This document shows, piece after piece, positions 1 through 12,598 of a DNA stretch of 64,000 bases. The notes beneath the pieces were generated by a model, which saw only the letters and a program-made list of their open reading frames with translations, searched no databases and was not told the DNA's origin. Made by a program: the position numbers and the translations under genes. How positions within the stretch are numbered: position 1 is the first letter of the stretch; each line of letters starts with the position of its first letter. Origin of the DNA: the human T2T-CHM13v2.0 reference genome, Homo sapiens. The stretch lies in NCBI RefSeq assembly GCF_009914755.1, contig NC_060927.1. One strand, 5' to 3'.

Positions 1-1554
1 AAGTGATCTAAAACAAATTTACACGAACTGACTGGATTTCACCAATGATTTTTTTTTTTTTTCAAATGGCTTTGACTACATTTTGCAATCTATAGCTCAT
101 TAATTTGACATTCTATAAGCATACCTTTTACATGTCATTTAGTGATCAACATAACTCAGGCTTCAGGGTGAAGTTTTAGTTTATGCTATCCAACTTGATT
201 ATCCACTATGCCTAAATTCAGTGTACTACTCATTTTAGAGTAGGCACTGACTAATTTATTTTTCTAAAAATAAAGCACAAATAATAATTTCCTTTAGTTT
301 ATATATCCTATTTAATCTATTAGTGAAGCATGAGCAACAAATAATTATTTCTTTTATGTGGTTGATGTACAAAATTGCAATTAAATAAAGAATTCTTGAT
401 GCATTTACAGATACTATAGCAGTTGCCAAGACCATTTCACTAAAACCACAAATGGAAAAAAAAAATATCATTATACTGAAGAATTAAGTCAGGAAACAGA
501 GTCTTCTGAATTACTATTTTTATAGTTTTATTTTTTGCCTTGCTCTCAAAGGTGATAACATTAAAGCTTTCAACAACAAAAATTTATTCCACAAACATGG
601 ACTTTATTTGTATAAAGTAGGTTTATACTGAAAAATTTATGTCAAATGATTTTGCCTATAAAGAATATTCTTAAACTTAGATTTAAAAATTCCTATGGGT
701 ACTATGTAGTTCACTGTTGCAGTACCTAAAGCAATACTCCACAAAGATGCATAATGAATGTCTTTTGATGATGCCCTGACATTTCTAAGAAATGCCTTTG
801 CCTCAAATCAATCCACTCAAACCAGCAAATGATTTGACATTGAAAGCTTCAGGAAACACTATATGAATATTTTTATCATTTTACAATAAAGATTTAATCA
901 TGGATTGTCATAGGAAATTGAGATTCTGCCTTACGTTTTAAAGCTAATCTGCTACAGTCATTCATTTATTTTACTTGTAAAATAACTTTTACAAGTAGGA
1001 AAGCCTTTATATGTGTTCTTAATTCTAATAAGATCTGTACAATCTTTTCTACTGTTTGAGTTAAAATATTATCAGTAACATTACAGTCAATGAATCAAGT
1101 CAAACTTCTTTGATAAACATGGTGTTCTACAACAAACATTTGTAACTCAGAATTACGATTACACATCACCAATTCCTGGAATATTAAACAGAATTCTTTA
1201 CGATGGAAAAGCTCTGTTGTTCTTTGAGTAAATAGACCAAAAATCACGCTGTAATAAGATATAGTCAAATGTAATAATGAATTTTATATAAATGTTAGCC
1301 AAACTTCTCTTTTATATATCTGAACCATAGCTAATGATTAACAAGATGCTTCCCATTTTCAAAGGCATTTGGTACACAGCTTTATTTCTCAACATCTCCA
1401 GTTCTTTGTTATTAAAGCCTGAGGTCTCAGGTCATAGGTTAATTTAGTTAACCATGTATTTTAAACTTGTAAGCTCCGAATATTTCTATTTTCTTAGCTC
1501 TATAGAATTCGTGGAAAAAAATAGTGAATGACTGCAATTATTATTATTAGTGTA

Positions 1555-1810
1555 TCGCTAATGTGTTAGACTATGTTTTGAGCACATTAAATAATTTATC
1601 TCATTTACTCTTCATAATAACTTCAAAAATGTGGTACTGTTATTATTTCTGTTTGACAAATGTGAAATTTAAGCATAAATTTTAAGTATTTAAGCATAAG
1701 TATTATGCATAATTTTATGCATAAAATTAAGCATAAGTATTAAGTGTCTGGCTTAAATTACATAGCAAAGCCAGGATTTGAACCAGATAGCCTCACTATG
1801 AAGTCCACTC
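1555..1810 (-). mobile_element. MIR SINE with internal AT-rich expansion
   Basis: Antisense MIR-core-like text (atctcatttactcttcataataac...gtactgttattatttctgtttgacaaatgtgaaa...aagccaggatttgaacc). Confidence 0.65.
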
Positions 1811-4237
1811 ATTTAGAGATTTACAAGGTCAGAGCATTCATGTAATAAATTCTCTCATTATGACTGCTGAACAAGAAAGAAATACTGCTGTGATCATATT
1901 CGTAAGTGGCATAAGTAATATGTAACATTTAAAAAATACTTTTGTCTAATCTGTATTATCTAAAATATTTGCCAGACACTGTGTTAGGCTAGGTCTGCAG
2001 CAACCAGAGATTATATTTTACATATTAAATTTTCATTTTATTTCCATACTTATCTTTATTTCCATATAATTTACTTTGTTTAAGCCAGTATTTGTGAAAT
2101 AGCATTCAGAAGAATCAGTTTATTTTAAACTATCATATGTTGAATATAGATGGATATTCATTATTATTAATCTAAGTCTGTCACAGTCCAGAAAAATACC
2201 ATTCAGTTCAACTTGTATCTGTTTTATTTTTATAATAGAGGGTTAAGTGTATGTAAAAGATAAATGTCTTAGTATGTTGAATTTTAAAAACTGGACTTTG
2301 GTTGTAGGACTGGATGGAAAGAGATGTCACCTAAGTGAATAAGATCTGTTGAAAATATGGAAAATATATTACACTTTTCATAATAATTGCATTTTATAAA
2401 ACAGACCATGTGGCACAATATAACATGTAAGGGTGTTACAGATATTTCCATCCGTAGAAATGTCACAAGTTTCTATAAATTCCTCTATACTAAAGTATAT
2501 CTCTTTTAGATAATTATTCATGCAGATTATAAAATCTACTACATGTACTTTTAACACTCACATGGGGTAATCTTAAAATAACATGACAATACAAACTAAC
2601 CAAATCATCTGCATCAGTAATAAAAAATTGAATGGCATTATTATGTGATTATGTGTAAGACATGCTGATTTTGCTGAATATTTGTCTTTAAATATAAAAT
2701 TTTCATGTTACTAGGGAATTTGAAGCTTCTGATAAAAAGAAACGTGATATGTTTTTGTCTCACAGGGCAGAGGTGTTTTTAAGACAGCTACATTCTTGAT
2801 GGGAACCATAGAATAATTTATGCTATCTCAAAGCTGAATGTTACTAAAGTTTTATTTATTTGATAGTTTCTTTTTTTGTTGAGTTCATTTTATTTTTTTA
2901 TATATATATATATATGTTTTAAGTGAAGCAAACAAAACTATCAGGGCAGAGATTTATGTTTATTTTTGCAAAATGTCTATACTATTTTTAAGCTAAATAA
3001 TTTTATAGAAATAGTTAATAATTTTATATATGTATATAATACATTTATATATACTATATTTACATGTATTTGATATATAAAATATATAAGACATATATAA
3101 TTGATTTTACCAAGTTAGTGATTAAAATGCTTTATCATATATGTCATTACATACTCATTTCCGTAGTAATTTCCCTGAAATACTTTGGAGTTTGTTACAC
3201 CAAGTGACTTCATCTACCTTTATCCCAGATGTGACTCTGCTGGAAGATAGAATTTAGTGAAAATGTAATAATGTGTAATGAATCCAAAAGTGGTAGTAAG
3301 GGTGTCAGGCAGATATCCATCATAGTGAGGAGTTAATATGTGTATCTGCATTACATTCTAATTGATGGCTCTGTCTGATGTTTGAAGACCGTTAAATTGC
3401 TGATGTACATGTGATGGAATGCGTATTGTCAGGCTAGAGATGAAAACTCTGCCTCACCATTGCAGTTGGCTTTTAAATGATTTATAGAGAGGTGACTTTG
3501 AATGTTTGTATTAGAGGTCAGAATTAGAGATCTCACATTTCTGTAGTAACTCCCATGTGTCAAGTCTTTTTTGAGCATAAACCAAGCTCTACGATTCAAT
3601 GTTTTTTAAAAAAAAACCTTTAGAGAGAGAGACTCTGATTCATTAAAATGGGAGAAAAAAATCTAGAGAACTGCATGGAAAAAATGTCTGAGTAAATTAA
3701 TCAGGAATGCATAAGCTGAACAGTTAAAGAAGTAAATATAATATCATTTCAAGGTTACAGCAATTTACTGATGTTTAGGCCAAAGAGAAAAAAAAATTGA
3801 CTGGTGCTAGGAAATTGTAGTTTATAAAGCACATTAAAATAAATTGGTTTCTAAAGTGTCTAGAGATTCTTTATTCTACTTTCTTCAGACTTTTTTCTAT
3901 CCTCTAGTATTTTCTTTTGACAGATTCTTTAAACCCAGTGAGATTCAGTTTCTTCCTCTATAAGTTAATCAGCTGTCACCTAACCTATCTGAATAGCTAT
4001 CATTAACGTCATACGTTACTTCCTTTCTCTGCTTGTCTTGATTTGACCAAAGACAGAATTCAAATGCTACACTTCCTTGAATCATTTGGGAAACAAGACC
4101 AAACAAGAAGAGATGGAGGGAGGGAGGGAAAAAGAAAAGCAATGTAGAGCCATGAGAATATTTAGTATAACATGGTGATTTTTATATTTTAATCTCTACA
4201 CATAGACTAAATGTTAAAAAAAAAGCACCAGACACTA

Positions 4238-4239
<2 letters not shown>

Positions 4240-4272
<33 letters not shown>
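4240..4272 (+). repeat. (GT)n microsatellite, about 16 units
   Basis: Read directly. Confidence 0.95.
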
Positions 4273-4275
<3 letters not shown>

Positions 4276-4404
4276 ATTATACATCCTCCTCTCCATCTCC
4301 ACAATGTCTTGCATAATTATATAATTATTAACTCCCTACCAATCCTTGAAAGTTCTATCTCCTCTAAGAATAGAAATGTTCCTTCTAACTCATACAGACT
4401 ATCC

Positions 4405-4545
4405 ACTACTCAATAGATGCTTTAGGTTTACTATGTGAATGCATCCTGATGACAACACTACAAAGTTTATATTATTATTATACCCATTTCACATACGAAG
4501 ACCCTGTGTCGTAGGGAAGTTAAGTTTTTTGACCAATGTCACCTT
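4405..4545 (-). mobile_element. MIR fragment
   Basis: attattatacccatttcacatacgaagac...gggaagttaagt...gaccaatgtcac resembles the antisense MIR core. Confidence 0.5.
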
Positions 4546-5975
4546 TTCCTAGTTTTTTCCTCAGCATCTTTGGCCCATGTGCGCTATCCTCAGCCATAGA
4601 GTACCACTCTAGGTTTTTCAAATGGGGCATTCTTATTCTCTCTTTGTGTTTGTAAATTTTCCCCTTCCTGGGTATCCTCCTCTCACACCCTCCTCTCTTG
4701 CAAAAGCAACTTAGAGGTCACTTTTTTGTATAATTATTTCTCGTATTTTCTGCTAGAATCAATCACCCCTGAGTTTCCCTGACACTTTGCATATTTTATC
4801 TGACTTTTTTGTTTGTTTGTCCATTGTCTCTCTGATTTGATGGGTCGCTATTTGTGGAATAAGGTCCTATTTATTTCTGTCTTCATTACCTATCTCTGCC
4901 TGACATGCATTAGATAATCATCTTTATTGAGTCAATGCTAGGTAAGAATGATTCCTAGATTTTAGGGCAGCATATGAAAATTCTAGTCAGAATTACAGTT
5001 TTTATTTTATAAAATTTAATATTTAGTTATATTTGAATTTTCTTAAAAATTTAGGAAATTTTAATTATATGGGCCTCAGCTAGCCAAGATTGGAGACATG
5101 TATGGCCATAATTCTGTGCATAATGCCACTCCCTTTGTGAAATCCTTGTTTTATCTTTTTCATAGGAATTTACTTGTCTACCACGATTCCTAAGGCAATT
5201 AGCTTATCAGTTATCAGTTGAGCTGTGTTCTTTGCCCACCACAGTGGGACACACAGAAAAATCATAAAACATAGTGAGGGATCTAAGATCCAGCTGGGGT
5301 GACAAATCTAATACACAGAAAATTTAAGTATAAATACTCTTAATCTGCAGCCATAATACACCAGTGGTTTACTGAATACAGACTTAAGACCACTTGCAGT
5401 TAATTAGCCCAGTTTTCCTAATACCACTTGGCAGGATACAACAAGCTGTCATCCAAAGCTGTGCAGGGGAGAAGAACCTCCATCTGCCACTCCTGTAGCA
5501 AGGTTATGAAACCAAACTCTCCTAGGCTGGCAAAAGGCTTTCCTCTTTGGATTGATGCCATCCCAGACTTTTATTTAAAATTCACCGAGCCAGGCCAATT
5601 CATGTCACTAATTTCTTGGGACATCTTGGTCCTCTCTCATACTCTTAAAGTTGTGTAATCTTTTTGGTAACTTAAGAATCTGTAACATAACAGATTTTGC
5701 TTCTTGTAGAATTCATACTTCATTTAGTTGTTCTGCCTATTTTTATAATGAATTTGTGTTTTTAAGACAAGCTCTGGCAATGTAATCATTCCAGGGTTTT
5801 TATTATTTTTTCCCTTTAACTTACCAAATCGCAGCTTTATTACTTTTGCCTTTAATTTTTAAAAGTGATTTGGTAACCATGAAGGTTTAATTTTGCCTTC
5901 TGCATTGCATCATCCTTCAATGTAATTGTACATTCATGACTGTTGTTATTCTCCTGAGCTTCAAAGATTAATGGG

Positions 5976-5977
<2 letters not shown>

Positions 5978-6013
<36 letters not shown>
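5978..6013 (+). repeat. (GT)18 microsatellite about 250 bp upstream of the exon acceptor
   Basis: Read directly. Confidence 0.95.
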
Positions 6014-6016
<3 letters not shown>

Positions 6017-6265
6017 TTTGTTTTCTCATAGCTTTCCCACTAAGTACCTTCTACTTTCATTTTTCTTTTGTCTTCCTTTCCTATGGTAACATCAACAGAA
6101 AATTATAAGATTAATTAAATAAAATATGAGTTTCTATAGGGAGAATTTATTTCCCTGTATTATAATCATTAAACACTCAATATGGCTTACTGTTTTGTTT
6201 TCACTTTGTTAGTTTTTTTAATTGTGTGTTTATTTTATTAAAATATATTTTTCTTATTTTCACAG

Positions 6266-6767
6266 GTAAAAAGATGGCCTATCAGAAGGTCCATGCAGAT
6301 CAAAGAGCTCCAGGACACTCACAGTACTTAGACAATGATGACCTTCAAGCCACTGCCCTTGACTTAGAGTGGGACATGGAGAAGGAACTAGAGGAGTCTG
6401 GTTTTGACCAATTCCAGCTAGACGGTGCTGAGAATCAGAACCTAGGGCATTCAGAGACTATAGACCTCAATCTTGATTCCATTCAACCAGCAACTTCACC
6501 CAAAGGAAGGTTCCAGAGACTTCAAGAAGAATCTGACTACATTACCCATTATACACGATCTGCACCAAAGAGCAATCGCTGCAACTTTTGCCACGTCTTA
6601 AAAATACTTTGCACAGCCACCATTTTATTTATTTTTGGGATTTTGATAGGTTATTATGTACATACAAATTGCCCTTCAGATGCTCCATCTTCAGGAACAG
6701 TTGATCCTCAGTTATATCAAGAGATTCTCAAGACAATCCAGGCAGAAGATATTAAGAAGTCTTTCAG
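6266..6767 (+). CDS. NAALADL2: NAALADL2 internal coding exon (exon 2 of the canonical CDS), 502 bp; cytoplasmic tail, TM anchor and start of ectodomain
   Basis: Translation (G)KKMAYQKVHADQRAPGHSQYLDNDD...ILCTATILFIFGILIGYYV...QAEDIKKSFR matches the NAALADL2 N-terminus as I remember it. Acceptor ttttcttattttcacAG ends at 6265 and donor CAG|GTAGGT lies at 6767/6768. Entry is phase 1 and exit phase 2. Hydrophobic TM segment at about 6604-6660. Confidence 0.96.
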
Positions 6768-7777
6768 GTAGGTGAAGAAGAAACAGATGTTGTTTGAATG
6801 CATTTCTTGGGAAAAATGTCTCACAGGGGGTATTGAACTGATGATTTTTCATGGTTCACGTCAGTGTTGCAAGCTGAGAAACATATCACCACAACAAGAA
6901 TAGAAACTTCAAAGAGGGGAGCGCACATTTTCAGATTTATGGTACTGCAATATAAATTTGTGATGCAGTTTTATTAGTTACTAGTAAGAATCATAACTAC
7001 TATGGAGACTAAAATTCTCCAGCCACTGTATTTTCTCCCTCTTGGTGAGCCTTGTTAGGCCAAATTGGGATGCAAAGATTGCCAGATATACAGGTAATAA
7101 AAACTAGGACATTAGCCATATGATTAAAAACTTTAATGACATCAGAATAAAATAAACCTGCTTTATGGGCTGAAGTAACTCTTCAAAAGTTTCACCGATG
7201 TCATATAACTAGTGGATAACTTGGAAAAGCTTTTTGTTATTTTATTAGCATACATGTTGAGTTGTAAAAGGTTTTCTAGTTTACATATTTAGTGAAGTGA
7301 AGAACTAGATATGCAAGATGAGGTATTTGCATATATCTTCTATATTTGCAGAATAAGAATAGTCCTAGGTGAATCATGTACGTTGTTTGTAGGCAGAGAG
7401 AGTAGTGAGGTACTGCTTCTCCAGAATATTCTTTCTGGGTTACATTGATTTGTTACAGCCAAGATGTTGGCAGGTGTGCATTTCCGGGAATTTTCTCAGG
7501 GAAGCATGTCCACTGAAGATGTGTCACTTAATTCATGTGCTGAAATACCAGGTGTATTGGTGTTGGTGGATTCTAATCCTCTAATCCTCTTCCTGAAGAT
7601 TAGGCCTCAGTGACTGACAGGAATGTGTTTCCTATACCCTTCTGTGTCTGCTGTTCCCTTTTGTATAACCATCCCTGGACATTTAATATGTGGATAACAA
7701 CACTTTTCATGATACTTCCCAATGTAAAATTGTTTACATTGAGCTAAAAGATATGCTGTTACCTTATAATGAATGAT

Positions 7778-8210
7778 TGTATCATTCAGGACCCAGTGAA
7801 GATGTTGGAAAACTTCCTGAATATTTAAAGTAGAGAAATGCTTCCATCAGTGATCAGGAACTGATAAGCCAATCAGGGGATACTCAGGTAGCCCAGAAAT
7901 TCACAAAATGGAGCCATTACTAAACCTAGTCTAGAGGGAGAAAGTGATGGGGCTGGAATGTCTGTGCACACAAGGGCAGATAGGGGGGCATAACCTCAGC
8001 TGGAGACACCACTGAAGACAGAGAGAGGGAAATACCTCAGCTTCTCTTTTACTCCTGCCACTAAGTGTCCTAGCAGTTGTCCTGTTAGCTGAAACCAGCA
8101 AGAGACTGCTGACTTACAACCTGAGAAACTCATTCTGAAGGGATCCGCTGCCTGCAATATAGGCTGGAGCAGAAAAAGGGAAAGTTGCAGATAAATCTAA
8201 CTGGCTCAGG
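7778..8210 (-). mobile_element. LTR33-like ERVL solo LTR, degraded
   Basis: tgtatcattcaggacccagt...gaactgataagccaatcagggga...gagagagggaaatacctcagcttctc...gctgaaaccagc resembles the LTR33 consensus as remembered. Confidence 0.6.
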
Positions 8211-10031
8211 ATGTTATTAGAAAACAAACCAAGAAAATAGAAGAACTCTTTAAAACTGTTTAACTGTTTTTACTTTAACTTCATTATGGACATCTGTTCT
8301 ATTACAAAATGTCTTCTGGAAAAGGATCCATAGCATTAATTTCTTTTTAATGGTAAGGACAATTATGTGTTTTTTTTTTTTTCCCTGAGCATCTGGTTAG
8401 TTTTTAATTTATTGACACAATGAATACCATAACCTAGTCTGCTTCCTTTTTTACTTTGACTCTTAGTAAGTTTATAGTCAAATTTGTATTTGTAAGTTTA
8501 TAGGAACTTCATAACATGCATTTTATTTACAAACTAAGCTACATATTTATTTTCCCTCCTTATATAACTTTGGCTTTCTTTGTCTTACTTGTTTTAATTC
8601 TTTTTTCAGCACCGTAGTCATCTTTAATAGCTGGCTTATGTCTGCTTTGCAAATAGGCAACTGATTATAAAATTTAAAATAAATAATAATTACATTAAAA
8701 TATTCATTATTTCTCTCAGAATGGAAGCTGCATGATGGTAAGGATTACATTCCAGTCTTACACTCCAAAATCAACAAAGTAACATGTATGTCAAAGCTAG
8801 CTCTGAAAGCATAACCACTAGCAATTACACTCCCAGCTAGTACTCTGTAGTTAGACACAGATTAACAATTATGGGTCCATGAAGTAGCCATATTTGTTTT
8901 CTTTATTGAGATAACATACTTTCTTCTTCAAAACAATTGTATTTTTGGTACAAATATCTTCATAAACATAACAGCTCCTCATCCAAAAATATCTTCTCCC
9001 TCAATTGTCATCCTAACCACATGTCATTATGAGTCTGTGTTTACTGAGCCATCTCAGCCTTAATTCCGTACCTCCTAGTAGTAGCAGATCCCTGCTATTA
9101 CTTTCCATGAATTTATTAACAATTTTGTGCTCTTACTGGCCCACTATTTTGTTCAATTGCTGTATCTCTTTTCTATTGGTTCTCTTTTCCTGGACATGCT
9201 CTAAACCTATGTCAGTTCTTATCAAATAGCCTAAAAGTTGTGCAATACAAAATATATTATTTTTATAATAGACTGCAGACTCTATAAGAGAATGGACTAA
9301 ACTTGTTTGTCCACCATTAAAGTGCCATCATCTAATAGACATTGAGTAATTATTTTCTAAAGAATGAAATGAATGCATGAATAAATGAGAAACAGATCTG
9401 TGTTTAATTCATCAATTATATTATGTATTTTAAAATTTTATCATTTAGATTTTTCATATTATATTACAATTTATACAAAATATTATGAACATAGTATTTA
9501 TATTATATGATATAATTATTTTAAGTTATATAATTATATTATGATTACTCAGAGGATAGCCTATGCTCTGATTTTAAATAAGTGGCAACTTATATCAAAA
9601 CCAGGTACTGTAAAAATATTAAAGTATCACTACTGATGCTTCAGTTCCAGTTGAGGCATAAAGACAATTGATGCTACATTTCTAAGACCAACATGTAGCA
9701 TGTAAAGCTTGAAAAAAATGAGAGTATGGCCCCAGAGATGATTATCCATTTTTGGCTTATGAGAGGTTGGAGAAGCAAAAGCTAGGGAGAATGGAGAAAG
9801 TGAAGCATTTTTGAAAAAGCTGCTGATGTGCTATACGTCCCGGTCTCTTCTCAAGAAAGAAGCCTCAAATCCAGTGGAAAAAGTTTAACAAAACTATTTG
9901 GAAGATGTAGGGGTGGCAAAACTACTTGGAATAACTTGATATCTTTCTCATTCAGAGAATCCAGCCTCCTACCTGCCATATCTAAGTGATAAGAGATTCA
10001 CAAGCTAGTTGCTGATAAAAGTGCAAAAGAA

Positions 10032-10338
10032 GGCCAGGGGCAGTGGGTAATGCCTGTAATCCCAGCAGTTTGGGAGGCCAAGGAGGGCGGATCACCTGAG
10101 GTCAGGAGTTCAAGACCAGCCTGGCCAACATGGCGAAACTCCGTCTCTACTAAAAATACAAAAATTAGCTGGGCATGGTGTTGGGCACCTATAATCCCAG
10201 TTGCTTGGGAGGCTGAGGCAGGGAGAATCGCTTGAACTCGGGAGGCGGAGGTTTCAGTGAGCTGAGATTGAGCCATTGCACTCCAGCCTAGGCAACAATG
10301 TGAGACTCTGTCTCAAAAAAAAAAAAAAAAAAAAAAAA
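10032..10338 (+). mobile_element. Alu (AluS, Sq/Sx-like), full length
   Basis: ggccagggg...tgtaatcccagca...gaggtcaggagttc, central A-rich linker and A-tail. Confidence 0.95.
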
Positions 10339-11036
10339 TTGCAGAAAAAGAGGTAGTTGTTTTAGGTGGCGTACGGCAAATCATATTTCAATGGATTCTA
10401 TCTGGGTTGAGAGGGAGAGGGCAGGAGGCTTGGAGAGGGGAGAAGCTTGAGGTGTGTTCAGAGGCCTGGGGGTTGTAAGCAGGAGCTGGAGGAGGGTATA
10501 TTAGTACTCATGTCAAAGGAAAATGAGAAGTCTCCAGTTGTAGAATAAATGAGTCTCCAAAAAACACACAGAGCACACACCGGAAAAAATTTCAGCTGAG
10601 AATTCATCCTGAGTAAACACATTCTCTGATTTGCATTGAAGTGTTGATCACCAAAGTGATTTAATCCTTTTGCAATTTATTCTAGCTTTTGTTTTTATAT
10701 TTGCATCTTTTCCTAATGCTAATTGCTATATTCTCCAATACACTATTCTTCTATTCCTATTCTCCAGGATGAAATGTCATTATTATCCTTTTGTGGACCA
10801 AAGATGTTCGTGACTCTCTGTCAAGTGCTTGTCCCTAATCTAATCAGCTTAAGCCAGTTGAGATGCTGGTTATCTTGTATAAACCATGTTTACCTAGGAC
10901 GGTTGAGAAAGCTCTTTAACTTAGAAGAAGCTTGAATGTCACAGGTACAATGTTTCATTTCTATTATATAATAAATCCACCAAGCCTCTAATAATGTATT
11001 TTTTATTTAAAGAAATGACATATACACACACATATA

Positions 11037-11100
11037 TAATTGCTGTTTTGCCATCGAAAGTAATGGCAAAAGCCGCAATTACTTTTGCATCAACCTAATA
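11037..11100. mobile_element. MADE1 (Hsmar1-derived MITE), truncated on the left
   Basis: taattgctgttttgccatcgaaagtaatggcaaaagccgcaattacttttgcatcaacctaa+ta matches MADE1; about 17 bp of the left TIR are missing. Confidence 0.9.
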
Positions 11101-11339
11101 AATTCTGAAGATCATAAGCAAATTTCTGAGCAGATTAAGTATGTTGAAAACTTCAAAACATAGTTTGAAAATATAATATTGTAATAATAAGATATTTGAA
11201 TGGATAAATTAATGAGGTTTAGTTTATTTTTGAAGGCAGGAATGTGTTTGCCTTTGACAGCTGTCGATGCTGTGAAATGGTGAGACAAAAAGGAGAAAAT
11301 GTGTTGTTTTCTAATTATGGCTAATATAATTTCCTCTTC

Positions 11340-11930
11340 TTAATGGAAAGATCATTATGGTTCTTTCTAATTATAAGTGCAATATGTACAGAAAATTATA
11401 AAGAATAAAGTAAAAACCATCCATAATCCTACCTCTTTTTAGAAATCCTTGTTATTTCCTTCTATCATTCCCTATCAATCAGAAAATTGTATTAGGCCAT
11501 GTATATTTCTTTAACACCTGCTTTAGAATTTTTTAAATTAAAATATTAGAATCACTTTTCAAGCCAATAAATATAGATTTAAATCACTACATAAAATACT
11601 GCCTGGTATTCCATTATATGGATGTCATGTAATTTAACCTATTTCTTATACAGGGACCTTTAGGTTCCCTCTGTAAACATTCTTGTACATAAATCCAATT
11701 GTGCCTATTTAATTATTCCCTTCTGATGAATTCCTGGAAACAAATCACAGCTTCAAGGAGTTCCAATTTGTGTAGTTGTTTGCTTTGTGTCACCAAATGG
11801 TCTTGCAGAACCTCCAGCCTTCCAGGTCCTTATTTTTTATTTGTTTTTGATAGGCCAAAAAGAATGTTGATAAAGGTTTTCCCTATGAATTGACCACGTG
11901 CATTTCATTTTTCATGTATGAATTACTTTT
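11340..11930 (-). mobile_element. Ancient L1M (L1ME-like) 3' fragment
   Basis: gtattccattatatggatgtcatgtaatttaacc...aaacattcttgtacataaatc...atgaattcctggaa resembles old L1 3' region text; highly diverged. Confidence 0.4.
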
Positions 11931-12304
11931 TAAAGGAGTTTCCCCATGGCTTTTATTGGTTCTTTCCCATGGTATTTAAAGGTTCAGAAACTAAAATGTC
12001 ATAATAGTAAAGCAGTCAATCACAGTATGTATGGTACGCCATCTCTTTGGATTTCTCTTACTAGACACATTTTATTTTCTGACTTCACAAATAAAATGAA
12101 TAAATAATAAAATACAATCTCTAGAGATGTATCTATTTTTAAGTGTTTGCATTATTTGGACAGGGCAATATTTTTTATCATTGATACAACTAAGCAAGCA
12201 TGAGTTAATTTATACTGTGAAATGATCTTTATAAGCAATATAAAAGACCATATTTTCTTAGCTGAGGGTTAACTCTTCAAAACATTTAGAAAATGTTATA
12301 AATT

Positions 12305-12598
12305 GGCCAGGCACGGTGGTTCATGCCTGTAATCCCAGCACTTTGGGAGGACAAAGCAGGCAGATCACGAGGTCAAGAGATTGAGACCATCCTGGCCAAC
12401 ATGGTGAAACCCGGTCTCTATTAAAAAATACAAAAATTACCCGGGCATGGTGGCATGGGCCTGTAGTCCCAGCCACTTGGGAGGCTAAGGCGGGAGAATT
12501 GCTTGAACCCAGGAGGCGGAGGTTGCAGTGAGCCGAGATCCACCACTGCATTCCAGCCAAACGGCAGAGCGAGACTCCGTCTCAAAAAAAAAAAAAAA
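12305..12598 (+). mobile_element. AluSc-like, full length
   Basis: Diagnostic gatcacgaggtcaagagattgagaccatcctggccaacatgg; A-tail; imperfect TSD (aaatgttataaatt / aaaagttttaaatt). Confidence 0.93.

Noticed and set aside
6226-6265. N-terminal extension MFILLKYIFLIFT of the 181-aa ORF
   Set aside because: It begins at a GTG and is the intronic polypyrimidine tract and acceptor; the exon starts at 6266.
9550-10700. Purine-rich sequence around the first Alu that might be an ancient LTR or LINE relic
   Set aside because: I cannot match it to a consensus with confidence; it needs a Dfam search.
9998-12560. ORFs resembling 'uncharacterised human proteins' (also at 38328-38599, 57227-57554, 62158-62442)
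   Set aside because: They are Alu translations.
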